Origin: Raillietiella orientalis
Taxonomy: Eukaryota
DNA length: 64,000 bases
Direction: 5' to 3'
Assembly: GCA_036172245.1 (NCBI GenBank)
Contig: JAYWIR010000008.1
Coordinates: 4,898,001 to 4,962,000, forward strand
Positions 1 through 13,021 of the stretch are shown in pieces. Position 1 is the first letter of the stretch, and each line of letters opens with the position of its first letter. The translations under genes and the position numbers were made by a program. The notes under the pieces are model-generated. The model had not been told where the DNA came from and did not search any database. It saw only the letters and a list, made by a program, of their open reading frames with translations.

Positions 1-300
1 AAAACCAGCGGGTTTCAGTCCAAATGAAAGAGGTATGGGAAGAACGAATGGGAATGCCCGAAACTCGCGACAGTGTTCTGGAAGATTTTGCGTCCCTGAG
101 ACGCGAAGGAGCGCAAACTGCGTCGGATACCACGGCTTCCTCCTCTAGACAAGAGTCTCGGCAAGGTAACAGCACCGTCTGACCACGTGCGCAGGTCGAG
201 TTCATCCAGTCTTGATTGTTCGCCGTTGACAAAGAAAGTTCTCTCGCTCCCTCCGGAGTCCTCAAGGTCTCCTGCAACAGAGGTCACCCGCCTATGTTGT
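1..300 (-). mobile_element. Degenerate non-LTR (L1-like) reverse transcriptase remnant
   Basis: GC-rich; minus-strand translation has FFVNG followed by residues loosely resembling the RT segment before the QG motif; heavily decayed. Confidence 0.25.
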
Positions 301-1189
301 ACGATGGGATTTCACAACGATCCGTGTCTGGAGAGCAAATGACAACTCGCCATCTTTTGGCGATAGGAAGAATTTGTTATCGCTTTGTTTTTTGTTCTTC
401 AACCTCCTCTTCAGAGATTTTCCTCACAGCATCCTCGGGAAGGGATGCTCAAGATATTTGGTAGGAATGCGGCTGAAGGGCAAATGCGTGGAGAATCTTT
501 TAGTACACTGAAGGTTCGTGAAAGGATCCACTCCTTGTTCCCTCCCCCGAAGAGAACCTCTCGATGGTTTCGGACACCTCGCGGCGCACCCTGGAGCACA
601 GGCGAAATGTTGCGGCAGGAAAATTCTCCTCCCCAGGGACCCTCTTTCTCAACTTTGCCCGAAGAAAAAAGGAAACTTGAGCGCGAGAGAAACCAACCGT
701 AGGGTTGCTAGGGCGAATCCAGGGATCGGGCGGAAGGGCACGACCAGTGCGCGTGACCTCGTTCCAGGAGGCTGCTCTTGAAGCTTTATAAATCAAAGAC
801 CACTCCGAGAAAAAATTCTCGCGCTTTTTAATTTTTTTTTCATTTTCTGCTCTCGCTGTTGTTGTCACCTTACGTGCTCAACTTTCGTGTTGCTGCGAAG
901 ATCCCACGGCACCACTTGTTGCCAACGTCCATTACCACCTTTCACCGCGCCTCAGCCCATGGCTGAAGTTTTTGTCTCTGCTTTGCTTGCCCTCCCAGCA
1001 AGTCCGAATCGCAAGCGCCTTCCTCGAGAAAGGAAGAAAAATGCGAGTGTGCGAGACCTTCGTTCAGCCTTGCATGCCCAATTCCCTGAAGAGTAGTGCT
1101 CCCTCGTTCGGTTTAAAGGGGTCCGTCCTTCACTCGTGCCTCATTCCAGGAGAATCCTGATCCTCAATCCCCCTTTGTTCCAGTGATAA

Positions 1190-1700
1190 GGAACAGTGCG
1201 TCTTCCCTTCTTTACCACTGTCCACACCACCCGAGAGTGAGTGGAACTCTTCAAAGATAGGAAGTACCTCTGGAGGGGATCATTCCATGAATCCAGGAAG
1301 GGCTCTGGAGGAAAAAGTCCGTTCCTCTTACGCGTGGAGGGGAACTCCAAAGGGAACCTCTTCCTTATTCTCTCCAGAGAGACCCTCCGGTTTGTGGGGT
1401 CCGCTCCTTGTTTCTTCTCCAAAGGGAACCCGGAAAGGATCTGCTCCTGGAATTTCTTCTCCGTAGGGACTCCCCGAAAAGGATCTGCTCTGCCCTCTGA
1501 AGAGAACCTTGAAGAGACGCTTCCAATTTTCCCTGAAGGACACTCCCCGAAGGGAGCAGCTCCCTTTTTCACACTCTGGAGAGCCAATCCCTCGAGGGGG
1601 CGTCAACCCGCTCCATGGTACGTGATGGAGGGTCTTCCCCGAAAGAGGAGAAGGAGGCTCTATTTTCACAACCGGAGGGGAACCTCTAAGGGAACCGGTC
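1190..1700 (+). repeat. Dispersed repeat family built of ~35-45 nt degenerate tandem subunits (shorter copy near 500-560)
   Basis: Shares TCCAAAGGGAACCTCTTCCTTATTCTCT and GAGGAGAAGGAGGCTCYATTTTCACA with 53700-54200; related segments at 45950-46130 (+) and 49950-50540 (-). Confidence 0.75.
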
Positions 1701-1811
1701 CCTGGAAGGATTTCGGAGGGTCGACTTCCAATCCAGACCAGTCAATGGGAGCATCCGAAGGTTTCCGGCTTCCACCAGCGTCGCACCCGAAGCCAATCGA
1801 GGCCAACCAGC

Positions 1812-1946
1812 GCCACCCTGCGGGGAGGAATCGAACCCACGGCGCACCGCGCACTCTCGACGTCGTCCCTTACACGGGTGGGATTCGAACCCGCAACGCT
1901 TGGTGCCACGCACGAAGACCGCAGCCACGCTGCCGCCAGCGCGGGC
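1812..1946 (-). mobile_element. tRNA-derived SINE head or tRNA pseudogene with two tandem B boxes
   Basis: Minus strand: A-box-like TGGCGGCAGCGTGG (1925-1938), His-like anticodon loop GCGTGGC, B box GGTTCGAATCC (1881-1891), second B box GGTTCGATTCC (1827-1837); acceptor stem does not pair. Confidence 0.55.
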
Positions 1947-2049
1947 TTTGGCTATGGTCCGGACAGCTTCTTTCTCCATTTTACTGGACGTAACACGACG
2001 TCCATCTTTCGATAACTCCGGAGGATCTCGAAGACACACCACGGAGGAT

Positions 2050-2560
2050 TATACATGAGAAAAGATTCGGGCAAGATCTCCTGAGTCAGGACTCGCGAAA
2101 GAAAGGGCGGAAAGGAAATACACAAAGGAGGGAATAGAAGAAGGAGAACCCTTGGTGCATGTCTTCCTTCGGACTGAGCAGTGCTCTTTCGAAGGGAGAG
2201 GCAAAAGGTGAGCACTGGTTCGCCGGTTTCTTGCGCCTTGAAACCCCTTCAGAAATAGTTCTGCACGGCCCCCTGCTGCGCACCGGAACAGAAAGCTGCG
2301 CAAGCAGCAAAGGCCACATTCCTGGATTTCGAAAGGGCTCCCGCCTGGACTGCTCTTCGACACGGCTTCCCAAGGTCTTTCCGAGGAGGAGCTCCGGTTC
2401 TCGGGTTAGGAGTGCTTTGAGGAACTCGTCGCCTTCAACCCTGGCAGAAAGTGATGTCCAAGACCAACTCTTCCAGGTAGCGATATTTTCTGAACCTCAG
2501 ATTTCAGGAGACTGCTCGCACCATGTGCATCTTTTCCGGCTTCGTTTGTTTGTTCGTTTT
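2050..2560 (-). mobile_element. Degenerate L1-like ORF2 remnant (endonuclease-RT linker/RT start)
   Basis: GC-rich decayed coding-like sequence with faint traces of the PG.DG and N.RPI RT motifs; frameshifted. Confidence 0.25.
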
Positions 2561-5444
2561 CAGGGGGGATGGGGGTTTTGAATTTGATATGCTGCTTTAG
2601 GAGATACCTCTCTTTTCCTATCTGCTCCAGAAGATTCCCATGTGTAGAGCCCCAAAAGCAAGCTCGCTAGGAACCTCCATTCACCTGATGTACCGAGAGA
2701 GAAAACTCCAAAAAGCACAAAGAACCTTTGGAGTGAAGCGTTGCAATAGGAGGAGAATATCAACGTGACCTTTTGAGATCAAAGCATGTTAAGCAGTGCA
2801 ACTGCTTTGATCTCAAAGCAGTTGCTCTGCTCCCTCGAGGAAGATAAATTCACACACGTGCACACAAACACACATACCCCAAGACGAAGAAGCACATCAT
2901 CCGAGATCTGCCAAGTCGATCTCAATTAATTGCTCGTAGAAGCGAGCGAGCGCGCACACAGAGAACGAGAATTCGAGTTCCAAACATGGACGAATGAGGT
3001 CCAGATTCGAATGCAAATAGCAGGAACCTCCATACCTGTACACCACTATCCATCACTGTTATAAAGGAAATTCCTTCTTCTTCTCAGTTGTTCTCTCCTC
3101 GTACTTATAGTACTTATGGGACGCGCTCATACATAGAGACAGAGGGAGAAAAAGTTAACGTCCGTTGGCCACTTTCTGTAGCCATGTGATACTGGGCATC
3201 ACCATTCCCTGGGACGCGAATGTACAGCCACCTTTTTAACATCATCTTACATCATCGTTACTCTCTAAGTTTGTGTTTTATATTGCTAATTGCTTTGTTG
3301 CTGAATTTTCTGGAATTTCTCATCCGAAGTCAACAAAGACTGAGCATTCCCTCATCCTCCTCTGCACTCCTGATCCAGATTTGGTTTACTCTGAAGCATC
3401 ACAGGATTTGGCTCGGGAAACCAAACCCTCGCTCACAGAGATACTGGTATTTATCGCTAACCTCGATATACGTTATGTATTATGTGTATTGCGTTTGTCA
3501 CATTCCACTTTGTCGATGGTGAAACTGCACTGATTTCCAATAGCTGGATCACTTTCATGAGCAAACTTGAGCCCGATTACGGCATGATATTCTCTTGAAG
3601 AACAGTTCTTTCTCTTGTTGCTGTTCGTTTGTTTTATCCTCCCCATCCCTATTGTGAACACACACTGGGTTCCTGTAACCTGGTCTATTTTATTTCATTT
3701 CTGCTGATGGCATCTGGCTTCCTGTAACATTCCTTGTCGGAGTTAGCTAACACGATTTCTTATAAAGAAATACGAACGCCATCTTAGCTGTTTCGGATTT
3801 CAGTTACCGAATTGAAATCAATTTAGATAGCCTCTTTGGGGAAGGGAGAAGCATTTGGATCTATTGCTTTCTTGCACATATACCACACCACCTGACTGGC
3901 TGCATCCATATGCAGCTGTATTCTACAGTTTAGCATATTTAGAGAATCCCTAGAATCGATAGTGTCACTATTAACTGATTAATTGCTTAGGTGTCACTAC
4001 AAACTAAGAGAGAATCCTTGGAATTCATAAATTATAAACTTTCTGTTTTCAGAACTATTCTTTTATTTACTTTGTCACAAAAAAAGTTAAAGTGAGGTTG
4101 GGTGTTTAATCTTTAGTGCCGTCGGACTCCGCCATTCATAGCTACTTGAAAGGCACAGCTTTAGGGAATACTTGAAATTTGTAAATGGCACGTGCTGGTT
4201 CCAGCGGAACGAAAGTCTATCTCAAAGCATTTCGAAAATAAATGTTTGTTCTTGTACAGCGCTTCTTGCTTTCATGGAGGTTTCGATGTGTTTCTGAATA
4301 CTCGTTCTGCAAGTGGTCACTTTAGATGTTTGTGGTGAGATTTTCTGCACGTGCACTTTAAGTCAATAAAAGCGGTCACTAGGCAGAGAAGTAATGCAGT
4401 ATCTCCCGAATCAGATTTTGTGAATGTGAGTGTTACTAATTTGAATTTGCAAGGAATTATTTTGTCTCTGAAACGTTTAATTAATGGCAAACTCGAACAT
4501 CTTCTTAGCAGACATTTAAAAAAAAAAAAAATCACGATTGTATGGTTTCCTTACACGTGTCATAAAATTGTGCACGTATAACTGCACAGTTTGTGCTTCT
4601 ACTGATAAAAATTCAAATTACAAATGGACCATAATTTGTAACTTTATTATTACGATTCCCAGTGAATGCCATTCATTTTTTGGATTGTAGTAATCATAAC
4701 ATATTATTGCCATCTAATCTTAGAAACTTTTTTAGTATTACTGAATAAATGTACAATAAAGCATTTTGAAAGGCATGGGAAGTATAACATCACGCAGATC
4801 TCTCTCTACTGATATCATTGCCTCGAAGTACATTGCATTAAATTAACTTGCGAGCTTTTTCTTGAATGTATTTATTAAGTCGACATCTAGGGATCTGTCG
4901 AAGCTATTGAAAGGACCCTATGTTAACGTTTATATATAATTTTTGCATGTCCTTATCCCTTTGATTACCCAGTTTAGTACACTTAGTAATATATGCATTA
5001 TATTATTTTAAATAAATCTTGTAAGTATCTATGCAAGAATATTTGTGTATAACTCGATATGGAAAACGGTTGACTTAAATTGTAATACACTTACACACAT
5101 AATACCATAGACACAACTTGATATACGTTGCATTAGACAAATTACATAAGGAACTATGGAGTAAAATAATGTGAACAATGTTTTCAGCAAATGCACATAT
5201 TAGATAAAAGGTAATGTTTCGTTGTTCAAGTGTAGTGTTGAGGATAGAGTTTCCCCATCGCAATCTAAAACTGTGCTGTCTGCATTGCAGCACTATCACT
5301 ACAAATTGGAAAACAAAAAAATTGAATAAAAAAAAAAAAGAGAGAAAGAAAGAAAACGATCTAGATTTAAGGGGAAAAAAATGAATCTTTTTACAAGCAC
5401 AAGGAAAACACTTTCAGTGCTGGATTTTTAGATGCTTTTCACCC

Positions 5445-7485
5445 ATGAAATTTTACTGCACTTGCCACACTGTTGACTTGCCCAATTCAAAATCGTTTTT
5501 TCCTATGAATGATTTTATGATACAAAAAGTGTGTCCCTCCGTGGATGAATTATCAACAGTTCGAACGAACATAAAATGTAGAATTCCCAGCTGTTCAAAA
5601 ATTTTACCAAATGAAGGTGCTTTGAACATTCATCTTCAAAGGCATCATAAATTCGATGTGAACGAAAGAAAAGCAAGTTTTAACGAGTCACGTATCATAT
5701 ACAGGTATCATTGCCCAGACAAGGATTGTAAGTACAGTGCTAAGAGAGGTGTCAATGGATTTTCCAAGATGAACTCATTGAAACAGGTAACTTGTTTGTA
5801 TCCGGAACGAAATTTCTATTAAAATTACGTCAATCTAGGTTTGAAATTTGAATTAAATTTGTTCACCTTTTCCATTGCAAAAATGTTCAGCTCGCCATTT
5901 TGGGCGTCTTTTCGGTTTAAACAGCTAGACCGACAAAAAAATGAGTTTTGGAATAAAGTAGTATAAATTTTTGAAAGTCATCAGAACAGAGTCATTAATT
6001 GTGCATTTGATTCACACTGCCATATTGCTTTAAGGCAGTCAAGTGACAAATTGATTAAATTGCTGTATCAGATTGTTTTGCAAAAGCCGGTTTATATACC
6101 CTGCAAATGCATTTATACTTTTGGCTTTGTAATCAAATTTTTAATGTTTCTCTGATATGGGATTAAAGAATGTTATGGTCGCATTTTCAAATGCACATAA
6201 ATATGATTAGTTGGCTAGTGGATGTATTTCGTGTTTTCTTATTTAAAGAAATATGTAACAGCTTCTTTTTTAAAGCATTTTCTCAAAGTTCATGCGGTTA
6301 AAAAGTATATTTGTGCAAATTGCAAAAAAGGATTTGGCTGTGCAAGATTTTTAAGACAACATCATAGTAGTTGTGGAAATAATTTCATGTGTTCATGTGG
6401 AAATTCATATTTAAGCAAAGATTCTTTGCAAAAGCACATAAGAAAGCTTGGAAAATCTGGCTTAATTCACAGATCTATCATCAAAAGGTAGGAAAAAAAT
6501 AAATGCAAATGAGTCAACCTGAATTCTTTATTAAGTAAACTGATAGATGTTGTTGCAGCTGATCCTTCTGCAAATACCACTGACTCAGAAGTTCAAGTAT
6601 CTCTTATTTTGATACCTGCTCCAGGTTTGTATGCGTTTTTTTCTCTTTTTTCCAACTATAATGATATGTTAAATACTTAGCATGCCCTTCTGAAGTAAGC
6701 TTTGTACCAACTCAGCTGATGGCTGCAAATGCACTGGTAGAACTTGCATGCTCCAGAAACGTGCCTCCTATGGATGCAGCAGTGCAGACATTGTTCTTGG
6801 ACTCTTTGCACTCCCAGGAACTCACACTTGTAACTGACTTGGCATGCCAGAAAAGTATTAATGCATTTCTTGATTCAGTGGGATTAAGATATCTTATTTT
6901 TTAGACAAATGTCAATTTCAAGATGCATGGACACAAATATCTAGCATCCAAAGTGCTGATGCACAGAAGCATCAGTGCAAGTGCACCAAGTCAATAGAAA
7001 TGCATCCTAGCAGCACACAGACTGATGTTTTGTTGGACACAGATTTGGATGCAGGTGACTTGCTTGAGAAACATGCCACAGATTTGTTGCTATCTGGGCA
7101 GCGACTTCCTGAAGCCCTACAACCATTTGTGCTTAAAAAGGACTTGACTCCATTTAGTTACACAAATCAGGATGAATTGCTTGTTTCCAGTTCTTGTTCA
7201 GAATTATCCAGCACTCATACACAGACTGACTGTCCCTTGCAAAGTGCTCTAGAGTGCAATACCTATAAAAGCATTTTATCCAATACAGAGACACAAACAG
7301 CTGTAGATGATCTCCCAGTTTTGGAAGAATTGCTAAGCATTCATACACAAACTGGACAAGATTTATTCCCATCTTTATTTGGCCTGACGGATATTCAGAC
7401 CCAAACAACCTGGCCTGACACAACAGAACATTGGCCTTTAGTCTCTGGTTCTGAACTGTGGCCATCAGCCTGTCAAGATACTTAA
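5445..7485 (+). CDS. ATMIN: ATM interactor / ASCIZ zinc-finger transcription factor (multi-exon; start could be ATG 5445 or 5505)
   Basis: Four C2H2-type fingers (CRIPSC..HLQRHH; YHCPDKDC..Q|HFLKVH; CANCKKGF; FMCSCGNSYLSKDSLQKH) with GT-AG introns (donor after 5786); C-terminal exon with five TQT LC8/DYNLL1-binding motifs. Confidence 0.9.
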
Positions 7486-7687
7486 GTAAACAAGTCACTT
7501 TTTATGCTCCATGACAAGCAGCAAGGAACAAAAGTAACTCAGTTATGAAGACGATGTGAATTTTTTTTGTTTTTTTCCCCTCTTTTTTTTTTTTTCTTTT
7601 TTTTGGAAGGGGGGGGTCCTTTTCATTTTTTAATTTGAGTGTTCACGAGATAACTGAGATTGCAACAGCTTGTTTATATGCTGCACA

Positions 7688-9130
7688 TTAGATAAATGGA
7701 TATTTATAATCTGCAGTATTTGTCTGAAATTGTAGTCTAGTTCCTGCTAGCCTTACATGTTGTACTCACTGCAATAGATTCTCAAAAGATGAAGTTAAGT
7801 TGAGCACATCACATGCAGAAAGTTGTTGATTGGCACTGTTGATATCCTGAAAATGAGAACCTGAATACAAATACAGCTGTGAAACAATTGCATGATAATT
7901 GAACTGAAAGCAATTTTTCTTTAAAAAAAAGGAATTTAGCATTTATAACAAACTTAATGCTGAAAATGCTTGACAAATTGTGAATTTTTTCAGACATTAC
8001 ATAACTACCTTACTGAAATTGTGATTGTCCATGCTAGCCAGTTTTCCTTGTAACTCTTCAATTCTGCAGATGGGGAAGTAATTGCATAATTGAATAGATA
8101 ATTTGCATACCTGTGAGCCTGTTGAGTTGTTACAAGTAGTTGCTCTTGCAATTTTGTTTGCAAATGAAAGTTTTCCAATTTCAACTAGATAGATATACAA
8201 TGTAATGCTAATTTGTTTGTTATTAAAGTCTATTTATATTATAAATGTATCCATTTTATCAAAGAATTATTTGCACCGATAGGCACCTTTTATTTAGCAC
8301 ATGTATCCTACCTGCAAGAGTTTATTTGAAGTTTCATCTTCAGCAAAACCTTCAGTATCTTGAAAATTCACTGTTTCACTTGATGAATGATTCCTTATAC
8401 AAGCACTGCATGTGTTGTGCATAGGGCCATCTGATAAAAAGTCTGGTAATTTGTTTAAAGTTGAATTATCTTTGCTAATTAAACACTTCGATTCTTCAGC
8501 ATTTGGAATGGATTGAATATTTTGAGAGTTCAGTGCTGATGCATACTTAACTGATGATCCTGCATTACAAACATTAAATGGCTGATATGCTTTATTGTGC
8601 GCCAAAATAGTATCTATTGCACTCTCTGAAGCGTTTTCAGTGTACCCACTTACACTTCTGCAAGCAGTTTGCAACTCTAAATAATCTTGTACAAAATCAG
8701 GTAACTGTTGGTTTAAATGTAAAGAAGGCTTCTCGGCATGAGATACAGTTTTATCGGGTTTTGTCAAGTCAGCATTCTGAGCACTAGAAGAATGTTTTGT
8801 TCCTTGATTGAAATAATCTTCCTGGAGAAACTGTCGGAATGATAATGGACTATCTTCCTTTTTACCTATTAAAAAATATAATTAGAAGTTCCCAAATTTG
8901 AATATGAAAAGCCAACAGTACAATAGCTGCTATAAATATTATAATCAATCATACACGAGGAAATCACCTGTTTCGTGTACACGATGTGATTTAGTACTTG
9001 ATGTATGGGGAAAATTTCTGCTAATACCGATATTTTCTAACAATTCTGGGATTTTTTTTGCATTATCAGATTCACTGCTCGTAATGGGTTTGTCATCATG
9101 AAACCCATTATTAATTCCACCTTCTGCCAT
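7688..9130 (-). CDS. ENTR1: Endosome-associated trafficking regulator 1 (SDCCAG3)-like protein, multi-exon; 3' exons tentative
   Basis: Motifs EDSPLSFRQFL, LPDFVQDYL and LPDFLSDGP, then spliced coiled-coil exons (LKLENFHLQTKLQEQ..., RIEELQGKL); canonical splice sites. Confidence 0.65.
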
Positions 9131-12100
9131 TATAAACTTATTGTTTGATCTTTGTGTATACGTAGACGTACATCAACTCACGAAATCATCGTCTCAGTGG
9201 ACTGTGCAAGCTTACCAGCTGTAATATTACATAAGTTAAAATAATCGAAACATAAACAGATGGTATTCTGAATATAAAAATTACTGATAGAACTTGTCTT
9301 AGTCATCACTTAAAATAGCTAGAATCACCTTTATGAAGTAGCGAATAGTAAATTTCATGCAAATTGTTGTCTTTAAGTGTGCATAGACTTATTGCAAATA
9401 TCAAAAGTAGCATTTTCATGATTATTGGATTTTGTTGACCTCCTATACTTTGATAAGTTTATGGATATGGATTAAGAGTTCATGTCACTGAAATTAAAAT
9501 TCTGCACTCTTTTGGTTAGTGTTTGGAATGACATACAACAACTGAATCTAAATATTTGTATTGCTTTAGTCTGTTTTTCACGAACCTAATTTTAAAGCAA
9601 GTGCGAAAATATCTTCAGAAAGTTTTTATTTTATGATGCACATAAACTAACGGAAAGTTTCAAATCATTAAAATTTTTCAGCAAACTCACTCTAAACGTA
9701 AATAATTAAGGGCTCTTTGCTGCTAAAACATTGAATGTAAGAATCAGAAATGCTGAAACAAATGAAAAAAATATTCAATCAGCTTCAAACTTTGTTGCGT
9801 AGAATTTGGAAAGATATTTGATTTGATTTGATTTTTAAATAAGTATAAATAGAATAAATGAACAAAAGTTAAATGAATAATAATGATTGATGCATCAATC
9901 AAATAAAAGCATTCAAAGATAAAGCACATCATTGAATAACTATTGTTTGAGCCACGATAATCCTAAAGAACCAAAAAAAATTCCATTCTGCTACATGTGT
10001 AATTATGACAATAAACAGTGACATTGGGAAAATTTACAAAAAAATGATGATCTCAAGAAAGTATTATAAAAAGGTTGCAAATGATCCCTCCTTAAAAGTT
10101 TTCACGGTACCTGCGTTTACTTTAGAGTCATTGATTCCCTTTGAAGTATTCACTCTGATTTTCGTTTTTGCTATTCACTTTCCAGTTTATCAGTTTTCAA
10201 TGTATGCATTAGTAAACCTTCATTCTAAAGATTTTCTATTCATTTTCTATTCATTTTCTATCCATTCTTCTTATAAAAGTCTATGCTTCGAGAAATTAAT
10301 CTGTGGATGACTGGGATGCAGTTCTTTATCTTCATTTTGTAATACAATTGTTGTTTGCCTTCATTCCTTTTCTAGAAAGGAACTCAATTACAAGTTAAGC
10401 GATATATTCTTGTTATAGATCGTGTAATTTTTAAAGAAGCCTTACACTATGAAAAAAACATATTTTCAAATCCATTCAATTTCTCATCAATTTCGTTGCC
10501 CTAAAATGGCATCAAAAGTTGAATGCATGTCAGGACTGCTTCCTTTTCATTTCAGACGAATGAAGGTGAGTTTTTTTTAGTATTTTTAGTTATTCTGTTC
10601 ATTTTTGGATATTTTGAATGTCTGCCTCTGCTAATTACTATTCACGCATTAGTTTCCAACGAAAGATTCGTGTGACCAATAGTGACACTAATAAAGTTAT
10701 CACACGGAGTGTTTTCCCAAAATGTCATGAAGATCCAGTGTATCAATAATGAAGGATAACAAAATACTTTGTTTTAATCTTCATGTCGTAAAGAAATTTA
10801 AGATTAACTGAAGGATGTAAATCTCTTAAAAAGAATCGCTTCGTGTAAAAAGATTGTCGATGTTCTCGAGGTAGCAGTAAAGCGCGCCGTTTATTAATGT
10901 AACAATTTTCCATCAAAAGTAATACTGAAACTGAAAATATCCAAAACAATTTTCGAAAACGCTTTCCTTTATAGCATTCATGAACTGCTAAGCCATTTCC
11001 GAATATTTGACCATTAGATGTCGGAGACAGAATTATATAATTACATGAGAAAGTGAGTCCCGATTCCTTTTCTCGTCCTACGTTCAATGAATCCCAATTC
11101 ACTTCCGCATTCCATATTAAGTTGGCTGAATCGGTATATTATTTCAGATTAACCGAAAACATCAGTGCAAGAAAGCAGTTTATTAAACCATTCATGATCA
11201 AACTTTTTCATGCGTTTGTAATAAGAGAGGATATAATCAAAACTGATGCTTTTCGAGTAATGCTTTTCTAGCAACAAGTCTTCCAAAATTGTTTACCACG
11301 GTACAAACTGTCTAGGATTGTTTTCCAACTTGACAGTCCTTTGGAAGAATCATTGGCGTCTGAACGATCAGTACGATTCAGGTCTTATGGAGAAATTAGC
11401 AAACTTAAAATAATCAAGGGATTCATGTGAAATTATAGCTGACAAATGTTTTTTTATTACCAAAATTTGGAAATACAAGAAACGGAGGTGTAGGATTGTC
11501 AGATAATGCTCTCAAGTTGGAAAATAATATGATGTATTTGGAAAATATTACTACTTTATCCCGTAGCCTTGATATGATACTTTTTCCATAGTACCTCCTC
11601 TTTAACTGCAAAATGGTTTTGAGTGAATGTGAAGACAACGTTAATAGATTTCGTGTTAACCTTTACTCTCTGTTGGCCTGACATTGAGGTTGGCAGGGGA
11701 TAGTTTGCATTCATAAAAGAAGCACCCTTTTATGCTACGTAAAAAAAAAAAAAAAAACCATGATGGAAATGGATTGAGGGAATGGAATCGTTAGGTCCTG
11801 CACTATATTTCAACTTGACGCTTAGACGACGCCAGACACGCTTAGACGATTCCCTTCATTTTGGAAGCATTCCCATGAGTGAACGTGTTTTTTATACTTG
11901 CTACTTTGATGCAGACATCCTAGAAGGAAATGCAGGAGGATGTTTGTGCTTTTCCAAAACACTCTTGCAGACTACAGCAACACGAATGCAAATTCGTGTG
12001 GCTGGATTCGATTTCGTGCAACTGAAGTGTACATACCATTTGGTTTGGTTGCGTATCTTTCCTTATACATCCGCGTTCCTTGTTTCTAAAGGAACTCAAT

Positions 12101-13021
12101 CCACTTCCTTCTTGGGGAATAAGTGGCTCAGCAAACGATTGAGTAACTGGAAGAAATAATCAGGAATTTTGCGAGCAAAAAAAAAAAACCTGAAAATGCT
12201 GGCAAGCGTGCATCGTTATGTACACACTGTACAGAGAAATCCCTTGTTTCACCTAGAAGCTTGTTCCCTTGTACTAAATCTGCATGCCCAACTAATTCAG
12301 CATCGTAACACTCCCCCCTTCATCCCCTGCGTTCATCTTCACCGGTTAGGTGAACCCAACGTCTCTTCGGTGCCTGCGTGCATGTGACCTCCTGTGTGGT
12401 GTTTCGTGCTCACCTGGGAAGCGTGTGGCAGCACATCATGTTTGGTGAATGAAGAAACGGCCGAATGGTGTTGCTTGCGATGCTTTCGAAAAAAAGGTTA
12501 CGGTTTGATGTGGTTCCCCAGAATCCCTAATGTTCCAGTCAGATTGGACAACACCAAATGACTGCAGTCAAGAGTATATCATTCGCGGAAAACGCGAAGT
12601 TTGAAATCACGTCGAAATGGTAAACTTACAGCAGAGTTAATGTCGATCGTAGGATTAAGATCTGAAAGGTTCATCCTAGGTCCCTCTAATGTTTTTTTTG
12701 TTTATTATGCCAGTTTGATTCCCTTTAATTTGAAAACAGTTTGAGGCAAAATTTTCCATGGATAGTATTTTAAACCACGCTTATTTTAAAATAAAAAAAA
12801 AATCAATTCAATTTCTGCAATTCAGACTGAAGTTTGAATGATAGATGCCATGGATTTATTCTAGTTCAGTTGTTTTAAATTTTCAAGCAACATACAGTGC
12901 ATACATGATTTTACTTGTGTTTCAGTCCAAAATGATTGAAGATACTTAAAATCGATCCAACCAAAAGTACTGTGCCCCAAAGTAACATATTGCAAATCAA
13001 ATGTAACTTTACAAATCTATT

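Noticed and set aside
565..612. HDV-like ribozyme core look-alike (CCTCGCGG..CCCTGG..GGCGAA)
   Set aside because: P1, P2 and P3 helices could not be closed convincingly
1240..1700. CRISPR-like repeat-spacer array or a genuine 250-aa gene
   Set aside because: Subunits are degenerate without unique spacers, context is eukaryotic, and other copies are frameshifted
11780..12560. Possible decayed RTE/CR1-like LINE tail
   Set aside because: Only faint motif traces; cannot be supported
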